Source: an uncultured Actinomycetota bacterium
GTDB taxonomy: Bacteria > Actinomycetota > Actinomycetes > Actinomycetales > Kineosporiaceae
DNA length: 32,000 bases
Assembly (NCBI GenBank): GCA_963825645.1
Contig: CAWGTT010000011.1
Span: 32,558 to 64,557 of the forward strand
Direction of reading: 5' to 3'
The first letter of the stretch is position 1. Each line of letters begins with the position of its first letter. A program made the translations under genes and the position numbers. A model generated the notes under the pieces. The model was not told the origin of the DNA and did no database searches. It saw only the letters and a list, made by a program, of their open reading frames with translations. This document shows positions 10,177 to 17,985 of this stretch, piece by piece.

Positions 10177-11094
10177 CTAGGTGGGGTACAGGCCGCGAGC
10201 CACCTCCGTCAGGAGTTGGACGACGGCGAGCACCGCGGGTGCGGGTTCGTTTCGTCCAGACCGGTGGCGGGCGAGCAGGCGGCGGGCGCCGAACTCGGGT
10301 ACCGGGGTGGTGGTCAGCGCCCGGGCCAGATCGCTGCCCGAGTCTGGTAGGGCGAGCCGGGGGACGGGCGCGCAGCCGAGCCCGGCGGCGGTCAGTGCGA
10401 GCGCGGCCGATGCCTCGACCGCCTCGTGGGCGATCGTGGGCTGCCAGCCCCCGGCGCGGGCCAGCCGATCCAGGACGCTCCTGGTGGTTGAGCCCGGGGG
10501 TCCGACGATCCATCCGATCTGGGCCAGGGCGTCGGTCTCGCGCGGTACCGGCCGGTCCGAGGGCGACATCAGGACGTAGGGGTCATCGAACAGCGGAACG
10601 TCGCTCGCGTACGCCGGCGCGGCACGGCTCGGCACGGCGGCGTCCCGCTCGAGGATCACGACGTCGACATCGCCGTTTCGCAGCCGTTGAAGTGCGTCCT
10701 GCTCGCCGATCTCGAGTACCTGAAGGTCGACCGCCGGCAGGCGATCGTGGGCCAGGGCAGCCGCCGGGCCGATCACCGCCGCAATCATGGTTGCGAAGGC
10801 GACCACGGTGACCCGACCGCTGACCCGCCCGGTCAGGACGGCGAGGTCGTGCTGGGCGGCGGTCAGCTCGGCTGCGATCCGCTCGCCCCGTTCAGCGAGG
10901 GCCACGCCGGGCTGCGTCAGGGTCAGGCGACGCCCGGATCGGACGAGCAGCTCGAGGCCGGCCTCACGCTCCAGCCTGCTGACCTGTTGGGAGACCGCCG
11001 ACGGTGTGACATGGAGCACCTGCGCGGCGGCCAGCACCCCGCCCGTCCGGTACACCAGGGCGAGGACGGTCAGACGTCGGGGGTCCAGGTCCAT
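10177..11094 (-). CDS. LysR-family transcriptional regulator
   Basis: N-terminal winged HTH (LAAAQVLHVTPSAVSQQVSRLEREAGLELLVRSGRRLTLTQPG) plus a roughly 200-aa substrate-binding domain. Confidence 0.9.
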   Translation of the reverse strand: MDLDPRRLTVLALVYRTGGVLAAAQVLHVTPSAVSQQVSRLEREAGLELLVRSGRRLTLTQPGVALAERGERIAAELTAAQHDLAVLTGRVSGRVTVVAFATMIAAVIGPAAALAHDRLPAVDLQVLEIGEQDALQRLRNGDVDVVILERDAAVPSRAAPAYASDVPLFDDPYVLMSPSDRPVPRETDALAQIGWIVGPPGSTTRSVLDRLARAGGWQPTIAHEAVEASAALALTAAGLGCAPVPRLALPDSGSDLARALTTTPVPEFGARRLLARHRSGRNEPAPAVLAVVQLLTEVARGLYPT

Positions 11095-11107
11095 GTAGAA
11101 AAACTAC
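11095..11107. promoter_or_regulatory. possible LysR-type operator (GTAG-N5-CTAC dyad)
   Basis: The palindrome gtagaaaaactac lies immediately upstream of the LysR start, in the AT-richer divergent intergenic region. It is short and could arise by chance. Confidence 0.2.
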
Positions 11108-11197
11108 AGCCTGAGGTGAGTAACTCTCGCTGTTGCTAATCCCTGTCGAGGCCCAGAATGGAGTGGTGCCATCGCGTCGCCTTCGCCGAAGCTCGTC

Positions 11198-11491
11198 ATG
11201 ACCGCGGCCCAGATCGCGCAGTTGTGCGGATGGGTCGGGTCGGTCTTCGCCGGTTGCGGGTACCTCGCCGTGGTCATCGGCCTGATTCGCGGCGACAGAG
11301 CCGCCTTCCAGCTCATGAACATCGTCGGCGCGGTCGGGCTGGGACTGGCGGCGCTGTCGGCACGGGTCTGGCCCGCGGTGACGATGAACACGTTGTGGAT
11401 CATCATCGGTGTCGCGGCCCTCATCCTGGGGTGGCGACGCCGACGCCGACCTGTACCCGAGACAGGTCCGGCGCGCGTCATGGGTGGCTGA
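11198..11491 (+). CDS. small integral membrane protein (3 predicted TM helices; resembles the CBU_0592 family)
   Basis: 97 aa with three hydrophobic stretches and a basic tail (WRRRRR). Divergently transcribed from the LysR gene. Confidence 0.6.
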   Translation: MTAAQIAQLCGWVGSVFAGCGYLAVVIGLIRGDRAAFQLMNIVGAVGLGLAALSARVWPAVTMNTLWIIIGVAALILGWRRRRRPVPETGPARVMGG

Positions 11492-11741
11492 GCGCCGAGG
11501 GCTGCCTCGGTCACTCCTCCCGGTTCGTTCCGTCACCTTGCCGAACGCCTGCGGAGCGGTGTCGACCGTTCGCTAGGCTTCCGACGTTCCGTTGCCGTAC
11601 CGGCGTGCCCGGTTCATGACGAGCTGGCGGCCGTGGGGAGTTCGATATCCGTGGGGGGCGATCATTGGTGAGTGCACGACCGCGTGGAGACGTCCGGTGA
11701 TCCGGTCGCGGCACACCGTGGACGACGCCACCAGACCCGAG

Positions 11742-12956
11742 ATGGTCAGCGGCCGATCGAGTGGGTCGCCGGGATCGAGCGAACGGCACGGGAGGCTGAT
11801 CACCGCGGCGGTGATCTCGGTTCTGGGCGTGGCCGGCCTGGGGGTCGCGATCGGTACCGGCCTGCTGGACCGACCGGGATGGCTCGGCGGGACGTCGTCC
11901 GCCGCGTCGGGATCCTCGGGCGCGACGTCGGCATCCGGCAGCGGTACGTCCACGTCGGAAGGCGAGGTGGCGCCGAGTGCTGCGCCCAGCCCGACGCCGT
12001 CCAGGCCGCTGGTCGGCGGCTGGTACGCCGGCGCCTCCGGCCTCGGCGTGGCCGACGGCGCGTTCCAGAGGTGGCTGGGCCAGCCGGTGACCATCGCCGG
12101 CACCTGGGCCGACCAGGATGCCGGGGCGCAGCAGCGGCTTCCCACGTTGAGCACGGAGTACGCGTCGTGGACGGGGGCGATGGACCTCGCCGTGGGTGGC
12201 ACCGTGCTCGGCAGCGACGAGAACTACGCGGCGGCGGCCCGCGGCGCCTACGACGCGCGGTGGCGGACAGCAGCGAAGAACCTCGCCGCGAGGCGGGGGA
12301 ACGTCGACGCTGCCACGTTCGTACGACCGTTCCACGAGATGAACGGGTTCTGGTACCAGAACTGGCGGGTGACGGCGGACAACCTCGAGGACTATCGGGC
12401 CTCTCATGCGCGGTACGTGCGGATCCTGCGCGCGGCCATGCCGACCGTCTACATCTCGTGGTCGCCGAACTTCCGCGACCACTCCGGGTTGCCCATCGAG
12501 CAGTGGTATCCCGGGGACGACGTCGTCGACTGCGTCGCACCGGACTACTACGACGATGACGACACTCCGGCCCGACTCAGCGTCGAGGCCTGGAACGCCG
12601 AGGCCGGCGACGTCGACGCCAACGGCAACCCGCTCGGCCCGGAAGCCTGGCGGTTGTTCGCGCTGAAGCACGCAAAGCCCTTGTGCTTCCCCGAGACCGG
12701 GCTCAAACCGACTGGTGGCACCACCGACCACCCCCAGTGGATCAAGGCCTTCAACGCCTGGATGAACACCCACGCCAACACCACGACCTGGCCTCTCGGT
12801 GAGCCGATCCCCGCCGAGGCGGCAGGCAAGCTGCTCTACTCGGTCTACTTCAACGTGCCGCACGACGGGCTGGACGGCTTCACCATCCACGGCCGGGGGG
12901 CGAACCCCAAGTCGGAGAGGGTGTTCCGCACTCTGAACTGGGGGCGTGAGCCCTGA
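11742..12956 (+). CDS. membrane-anchored GH26-like glycoside hydrolase (beta-mannanase family)
   Basis: N-terminal TM segment (LITAAVISVLGVAGLGVAIGTGLL) and an S/G/T/P linker. GH26 acid/base motif RPFHEMNGFWYQNW and nucleophile context CFPETG. The start is uncertain (ATG 11742, ATG 11616 or the ORF-track start at 11592). Confidence 0.75.
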   Translation: MVSGRSSGSPGSSERHGRLITAAVISVLGVAGLGVAIGTGLLDRPGWLGGTSSAASGSSGATSASGSGTSTSEGEVAPSAAPSPTPSRPLVGGWYAGASGLGVADGAFQRWLGQPVTIAGTWADQDAGAQQRLPTLSTEYASWTGAMDLAVGGTVLGSDENYAAAARGAYDARWRTAAKNLAARRGNVDAATFVRPFHEMNGFWYQNWRVTADNLEDYRASHARYVRILRAAMPTVYISWSPNFRDHSGLPIEQWYPGDDVVDCVAPDYYDDDDTPARLSVEAWNAEAGDVDANGNPLGPEAWRLFALKHAKPLCFPETGLKPTGGTTDHPQWIKAFNAWMNTHANTTTWPLGEPIPAEAAGKLLYSVYFNVPHDGLDGFTIHGRGANPKSERVFRTLNWGREP

Positions 12957-13002
12957 GACGGCGTGCCGTCGTCACCGTTCCCCTAGTGACCAGAGCGCCA
13001 GC

Positions 13003-13473
13003 CTAGAGCCAGGCGGCGCGCTGTCGCCAGGGTAGTTCGGCCAGGGCGGCCTCCAGCGCCCGGGTCAGCTCTCCGTCCACGAGGTGTTGCCAGGGGTCGT
13101 TGTCCGGTCCGGCGGGTCGTGGGCTGAGCAGACCATCGTCCACCGGCACGGGTCGACGCCGGCGGCGGCTGTTGAGGGCGGCCCTGGCGGTGATTCTGAG
13201 CAGCCAGGTGCGCAGCGCGGCGTCGCCGCGGAAGTCGGCAATCCCTCGCCATGCCTTGCTGAGGGCCTCCTGCACGGCGTCCTCGGCGTCTCCGTGGTCT
13301 CGGAGCATTCCCCAGGCGTATCGATACAAGACCGGGCCGTGGCGGTGGACGATCTCCGTGAAGCTGGCCCGGTCCCCCATTCCTGCATGTGTGGCGAGGT
13401 CATCGTCGGTCTGGATCGTGATCTCCTGCCATGGTGTTGCAGGGAAGCAATCGAGCGTCGTTGGTTCCGGCAC
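13003..13473 (-). pseudogene. ECF sigma-70 family factor truncated at the beginning of region 4
   Basis: Region 2 is intact (DDDLATHAGMGDRASFTEIVHRHGPVLYRYAWGML..DAEDAVQEALSKAW...RTWLLRITARAALN). The ORF stops at ...LPWRQRAAWL-TAG, where the sigma-4 HTH should begin. Only 46 nt separate this stop from the convergent GH26 stop, and no frame there encodes region 4. Start guessed at GTG 13473. Confidence 0.65.
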
Positions 13474-13607
13474 CCTACAGAGACCGAGCGTGTGTGACGT
13501 AGACCACAGAGTCGCCTCCGTGAGGCTTCGGGGGGGTGGGGTGTCTATCCATCGAGGGCCGGCGCTGGACGCGGCCCAGGAAGCCAACATCACGAGGGAG
13601 TCTGAAC

Positions 13608-14075
13608 GTGACGGAGAAGACGCTCGACAAGACGGCGGACAAGACCACGGTCGGCGCGGTGAGCTCTCGCGGTGCCGGGGTGCTGGTGACCAGCCAGGGC
13701 AAGACCTCCATCGCCGATAGCGTGGTCGCCAAGATCGCCGGCGTTGCGGCGCGCGAGGTTTCGGGGGTCCACAGCCTGGGCAGCGGCACCACGCGAGCCG
13801 TCGGCGCCTTGCGTGAGCGGATCCCCGGTAGTCGCACCAACTACTCCCAGGGGGTGGCCGTCGAGGTGGGCGAGCGTCAGGCCGCGGTCGACATCGACAT
13901 CGTGGCGGAATACGGGGTGGCCATCGCCGACCTGGCCGCAGGAATCCGCCGCAACGTGATCGGATCTGTCGAGCGGATGACCGGCCTGGAGGTCACCGAG
14001 GTCAACATCGTGGTGCATGACGTGTTCCTGGAGACCGACGAGGAGACCGAGCCCGCCGAGTCACGGGTTCAGTGA
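13608..14075 (+). CDS. Asp23/Gls24-family envelope stress protein
   Basis: GAGGGAG Shine-Dalgarno 7 nt before GTG 13608. Characteristic KTSIADSVVAKIAGVAAREVSGVHSLG...VAVEVGERQAAVDIDIVAEYG...VNIVVHDV. Confidence 0.9.
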   Translation: MTEKTLDKTADKTTVGAVSSRGAGVLVTSQGKTSIADSVVAKIAGVAAREVSGVHSLGSGTTRAVGALRERIPGSRTNYSQGVAVEVGERQAAVDIDIVAEYGVAIADLAAGIRRNVIGSVERMTGLEVTEVNIVVHDVFLETDEETEPAESRVQ

Positions 14076-14449
14076 CCGACCGATCGCCGGATCGACCTGA
14101 TCCGCCCGGCTCGACTCCACCGGCGCGGGATCCCGTCGACGACCTCGTCGACGCGGTCCTCGCCGTGCCGGGCGTGGAGGGACTGCACGGAGGAGTGTTC
14201 GGTGAGGTCGCCACCTACCTTCCGGGCCGACGGGTCACCGGCCTTCGGGTGCGGGGCGAGGATGTCGACGTGCATCTGGTACTCGCCTGGGGACAGCCGG
14301 TCCTGGCCACGGCTGATCGTGTGCGTGACGCGTTGGCGCGGAAGGTGAAGGGGCAGGTACATGTCACCGTCGAGGACATCCGCGCGCCGGACCCCGGCAG
14401 TGAGCTCTCCCGGGATGTGGCGCACCCGACGAAGGGGCCGGCCCATTGA
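14072..14449 (+). CDS. Asp23-related protein
   Basis: GTGA overlap with the upstream stop. Asp23-like core (AVLAVPGVEGLHGG...DVDVHLVLAWGQPVLATADRVRDAL...VHVTVEDI). Confidence 0.7.
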   Translation: MTDRSPDRPDPPGSTPPARDPVDDLVDAVLAVPGVEGLHGGVFGEVATYLPGRRVTGLRVRGEDVDVHLVLAWGQPVLATADRVRDALARKVKGQVHVTVEDIRAPDPGSELSRDVAHPTKGPAH

Positions 14450-14832
14450 CGTTCGCAGGCAAGGGAGTCCAGCCGTCGGCACGAGTGGCCGCATGGCGGC
14501 GCGAGCGGCGCGCGGTAGCCCGACGGCTGCACCCCGACCGCGGCGGCAGGACCGAGGACTACCTGGCCGCACTGGGCGAGGTCGACCGCCGATACGGTCT
14601 CAACGGCGAAGCCGTGGCAGCGTCCTCACGCGGGACGACGATGCGGCGCAGCGCTCGACGTTACCGCCGGCGAGCGCGCGGCCTGCTGCGACGGGCCCGG
14701 GCGCGGCTGCCTCGCGGCTTTCCCGGAGCCCGCCGCTACATCGACCTCGGCGATGGCCCGAACGACCGCCACCCGGGCCGGCCCGGCGGCCCCCCTCCGC
14801 CTCGTCCCACGTCGGCGCCACCCATCCCTTGA
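14446..14832 (+). CDS. hypothetical basic protein with a J-domain-like HPD segment
   Basis: High GC3. The TTG start overlaps the upstream TGA (GTG 14485 is an alternative). RRLHPDRGGRTEDYLAALGEVDRRYG resembles J-domain helix II, HPD loop and helix III. The rest is Arg/Pro-rich. Confidence 0.45.
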   Translation: MTFAGKGVQPSARVAAWRRERRAVARRLHPDRGGRTEDYLAALGEVDRRYGLNGEAVAASSRGTTMRRSARRYRRRARGLLRRARARLPRGFPGARRYIDLGDGPNDRHPGRPGGPPPPRPTSAPPIP

Positions 14833-14848
14833 CCATCCGGAGAATGAC

Positions 14849-15028
14849 ATGACTACATCCACCATCGGACTGATCGTCGGACTGCTGCTGGGGATCGCTG
14901 CCGCAGTAGGAGGCTTCTTCGGGTTCCTGCTCGCGCTGGTCCTGGGCGTCCTCGGCTACGCGGTGGGTGGCCAACTGGACGGCGAGTTCGACCTCGCCGG
15001 GCTCATCCGCGGCGGACGACGTGGATGA
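14849..15028 (+). CDS. DUF2273-like small membrane protein
   Basis: GGAG 6 nt upstream of ATG 14849. 59 aa: IGLIVGLLLGIAAAVGGFFGFLLALVLGVLGYAVGGQLDG. Confidence 0.8.
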   Translation: MTTSTIGLIVGLLLGIAAAVGGFFGFLLALVLGVLGYAVGGQLDGEFDLAGLIRGGRRG

Positions 15029-15386
15029 GAGCGCCGGCGACCCCGGCCAGCGGGGTCGCCTGGTGATCCATCCGCGCGTCGTCCGGCGTGTCGCGGAACG
15101 AGCCGCAGGCGAGGTGCCCAACGTCGTGACCGATCCGCGCGGCCTGCGCGGAGGGCTCCGGCGTGGATCCCCGACGGTCGACACCGTGGTCGCCGGACAC
15201 CGCGCCGTCCTCCGCGTCGACGTCACGGTGACCTGGCCCGCGGTCCTGGCCCAGGTGACAGCAGCCGTTCGGGACCAGGTGTCCTCCCAGGTGCAGGCCT
15301 TGTTAGGGGTCGATGTCGACCGAGTCGACGTGACCGTCCCGCGGCTCGTCCTGGACGAGCCGCAGCCCCGGCGGAGAGTGCAATGA
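15021..15386 (+). CDS. Asp23/Gls24-related protein
   Basis: GTG 15021 overlaps the end of the DUF2273 gene. LVIHPRVVRRVAERAAGEVPNV...RVDVTVTWPAVLAQVTAAVRDQVSSQVQALLGVDVDRVDVTV. Confidence 0.75.
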   Translation: MDESAGDPGQRGRLVIHPRVVRRVAERAAGEVPNVVTDPRGLRGGLRRGSPTVDTVVAGHRAVLRVDVTVTWPAVLAQVTAAVRDQVSSQVQALLGVDVDRVDVTVPRLVLDEPQPRRRVQ

Positions 15387-15497
15387 CGTCGACCCCGACC
15401 GCCCGCCCCGGAAGCCCCCGTCGAACGGATCGAACGCTCACCGCTGCCCGCCGCAGAGCCGCCCAAGTCCCTCACCACGACACGATGGCTGGGTGGC

Positions 15498-15977
15498 GTG
15501 ATGGCCATCGCATTGGCGGCCCTCGGAGTCGCCGCCCTCCGCGACGCCGGCGTCGCCGCCGGCTGGCTGGACGGCCCCGCCTGGACCGTGCAGGTCCTCG
15601 ACCTGCTCGACGGGCTCGGACCCAGCCGCTGGCAGCTCGTCGCCGGACCGATCGCCTGCTTACTCGGGATCGGGCTCATCGTCGCGGCGATCTCATCACG
15701 TCGCCGGTGGTACACCTTCCAGACGGGGCAAGGTATCTATCTGCGGCCTGCTGATATCGCCCGGCTGGCATCGGTGACGGCCCAGGACGTCGACGGGGTC
15801 ACGCGCGCATCCTCGGTGTCGGGCCGTCAGCGGCTCACGGTCCGGATCGAGTGCGCCGCCCCACCGGAGCCCGCCGCTGAGATCGCTCACGCCGTCCGAC
15901 TGGCCGTCGATGAGCGGGTGGCCCCTATCCGTCCGACGCCCCGCACCCGGGTCCGCCTCACCCGTAGCGGGATGTGA
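15498..15977 (+). CDS. DUF6286-like membrane protein (5' end probably disrupted or mis-framed)
   Basis: Two TM segments, then an Asp23-like C-terminal region (DVDGVTRASSVSGRQRLTVRIECAA...). The only in-frame start (GTG 15498) puts the TM helix at residue 1. An ATG at 15383 coupled to the upstream stop lies in another frame (see findings). Confidence 0.65.
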   Translation: MMAIALAALGVAALRDAGVAAGWLDGPAWTVQVLDLLDGLGPSRWQLVAGPIACLLGIGLIVAAISSRRRWYTFQTGQGIYLRPADIARLASVTAQDVDGVTRASSVSGRQRLTVRIECAAPPEPAAEIAHAVRLAVDERVAPIRPTPRTRVRLTRSGM

Positions 15978-15978
15978 C

Positions 15979-16548
15979 ATGAGCCGTACCGCGAACGTCC
16001 TGAACCGCCTCGCCCTTCTGGCACTGGGCCTGGTCCTGCTCGCCGGGGGCGCGGCGACCACGGCATGGGGCACCGGTCGATGGCAGATTCGAACAGGGGT
16101 GGTGGACACCTCCTCGGCGACCCGGATCGTCACCACGGCATGGTGGCCGTGGGCCGCTGCCCTGACCGGCATCCTCCTCATTGCGCTGGCCCTGCGCTGG
16201 ATCATCGCTCTCCTGGTCCAGAGACCCGTGCGCACCGTGGGGCTTTCCGGCTCGAGCGCCCAGGGCCGCCTCACCGTCAACGCCGACGCGGTTGTCCGAC
16301 CAGCATCAGCGCTACTCGAATCCACACTGGGCGTCCGCTCGGCGAAAGGCCGCTGGTTTCGCCATCGCGATCGGCTGGTCCTCGAGCTCACGGCCGCCAT
16401 CGACCCCGCCACCGACCTGGACACCGTCGCTGCGGCGTATACGCAGATCTCGGCGGACCTGGCGCATGGCTGGGCCGCCCCCGACGTCCAGGCGCGGCTT
16501 CTGATGCGCGCGGCCCGCCGCCCCCGAACGCTCCCCCGCGTCAACTGA
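15979..16548 (+). CDS. amaP: alkaline shock response membrane anchor protein AmaP-like
   Basis: ATG 1 nt after the upstream stop. Two N-terminal TM helices (NRLALLALGLVLLAGG..., WWPWAAALTGILLIALALRWIIALL), then a soluble domain. It is the last gene of the Asp23 locus, as is typical. Confidence 0.75.
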   Translation: MSRTANVLNRLALLALGLVLLAGGAATTAWGTGRWQIRTGVVDTSSATRIVTTAWWPWAAALTGILLIALALRWIIALLVQRPVRTVGLSGSSAQGRLTVNADAVVRPASALLESTLGVRSAKGRWFRHRDRLVLELTAAIDPATDLDTVAAAYTQISADLAHGWAAPDVQARLLMRAARRPRTLPRVN

Positions 16549-16642
16549 TCCGCCTCTCTGCGCGCCGACGCGGCGTTCTGGCCCCGGGAACCACACGCCA
16601 TAGCGCATGGGCTTTCGCCAGGCCGAGAGTGCGCAATCGCGC

Positions 16643-17125
16643 CTACGGCTTGAGGAGCTTGATCAGAACCAGCGCCAGCAGCAGCCCCGGCAGGACGAGT
16701 AGCCCCAAACCGAGTCCGGCTCCGGCGACGAGGGTGAGCATCCCTGCCATGACGAGAAGGGCCCGGCCGGCGGGTGCGAAGTCACGAAAACCGTTGGTGA
16801 GTGGTGCGAGGACGACCAGCAGTAGGAGGGACGCCGTCGCGAGAAGCTGCACCAGCCAGGCGCGACCACCGAGGGTCAGCAGCGATGCCAGCAGCGGGTG
16901 CCCGTCGAGCGCGGCCTCGACCCCGGGCGCCGAAGAGAGCAGCAGCACGTCCAGCGCGGCGGCGAGCCAGGGCCAGCGGGGTGGGCGGGACGCTACGGCC
17001 GGACGCCCAGGGCCGGGGGTCGGGCTGGCTGGTCGGACGCCGCCGGCGTCCAAGACCCACGCCTGGGTTCGCTGCTCGCGACTGTCGTCACGGTTCTGGT
17101 TGAGCTCGGTCACGGCTGCCTCCAT
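16643..17125 (-). CDS. integral membrane protein, terminal gene of the E2/JAB/E1 operon
   Basis: ATG 17125 lies 16 nt inside the 3' end of the E1 gene. High GC3. A roughly 50-aa polar N-terminus is followed by 3-4 hydrophobic helices (WLAAALDVLLLSS..., AWLVQLLATASLLLLVVLAPL, LLVMAGMLTLVAGAGLGLGLLVLPGLLLALVLI). Confidence 0.6.
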   Translation of the reverse strand: MEAAVTELNQNRDDSREQRTQAWVLDAGGVRPASPTPGPGRPAVASRPPRWPWLAAALDVLLLSSAPGVEAALDGHPLLASLLTLGGRAWLVQLLATASLLLLVVLAPLTNGFRDFAPAGRALLVMAGMLTLVAGAGLGLGLLVLPGLLLALVLIKLLKP

Positions 17126-17985
17126 AGCTCCGGTGTCTCCTCGCGCGTCGCGGGGTCCGCCGGGGCGCCGACCTCGACCGGCGCAGTCGGTCCGCACACG
17201 AGGCAGTCCGGCAGCCGCGACGCGCGGACCCAGACCGTCGCCCAGGGGTCGCCCCAGAGCCCGTCCGGTAGCTGGGCGAACAGGCCCCACCCCGGGACGT
17301 TCCCGGTGAGCGCCATGACCTTCCCTGAGTTCGACACGTGGTCGAGCCACGTCACCAGCGGTGAGGCCCGGCGATCGTCGGCCGCGCAGGACCGCTCCGC
17401 CAGGAGCGCGAGAGCGGCTTTCGCCGCCTGTGCCACCACGACAGCGATGTCGGCGCCGAGTGCCGGCTGAGCGATCAGGCGGCCCGTCCCGTAGTCGAGG
17501 TCATGGTCGCGGCGAGCGTCGCGGCCCGCGGTGACGCACCTCAGGCACGGCGAGCGACGCTGCGGGGAGATCCAGACCAGCTCGGCGGCCTCGGCCCGCG
17601 CGAACAGCTTCGCCGAGACCATCGGGACCCCCGCGCGGTAACACCGCTCGTTGACGCCCAGCTCGGCGACCGGGTCGTCGGTGGCGAGGACGGCAAGATC
17701 GGCGCGGACGAGGTCGGTCCCGGTGAGCAGGGACCGGACGTCCTGGGAAAACGCATGCACTGTCAGCGGCGGCGCGGCGATCTCGGTCAGCCGGTCCGCC
17801 AGGGCGGCCACCTTGAGACGGCCCACGTCGCGCGGCAGGTAGGCGGAGCGGGACAGGTTCCGGGACTCGACCCGGTCCGGGTCCACGAGGGTGAGGCGAG
17901 GCACGCCATGCCGGACGAGCGACTCGGCGATCTGGGACCCGACCGAGCCGACCCCGACGACGGCGACGTGCCAGGGCTCCTTCAT
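17110..17985 (-). CDS. ThiF/MoeB/E1-like adenylyltransferase
   Basis: Nucleotide loop VVGVGSVGS, DPDRVESRNLSRS motif, LATDD, and two CxxC pairs (CLRC, CLVC). ATGA overlap with the JAB stop. Confidence 0.9.
   Translation of the reverse strand: MKEPWHVAVVGVGSVGSQIAESLVRHGVPRLTLVDPDRVESRNLSRSAYLPRDVGRLKVAALADRLTEIAAPPLTVHAFSQDVRSLLTGTDLVRADLAVLATDDPVAELGVNERCYRAGVPMVSAKLFARAEAAELVWISPQRRSPCLRCVTAGRDARRDHDLDYGTGRLIAQPALGADIAVVVAQAAKAALALLAERSCAADDRRASPLVTWLDHVSNSGKVMALTGNVPGWGLFAQLPDGLWGDPWATVWVRASRLPDCLVCGPTAPVEVGAPADPATREETPELWRQP

Noticed and set aside
11511-12890. 459-aa minus-strand ORF opposite the GH26 gene, plus the other overlapping ORFs at 11573-12559
   Set aside because: No motifs and an Arg/Pro/Gly-rich composition. 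The plus-strand frame contains the GH26 catalytic motifs.
14600-15715. 371-aa minus-strand ORF across the Asp23/DUF2273 genes
   Set aside because: An Arg/Ser/Thr-rich shadow frame. The plus strand holds five short, motif-bearing, coupled genes.
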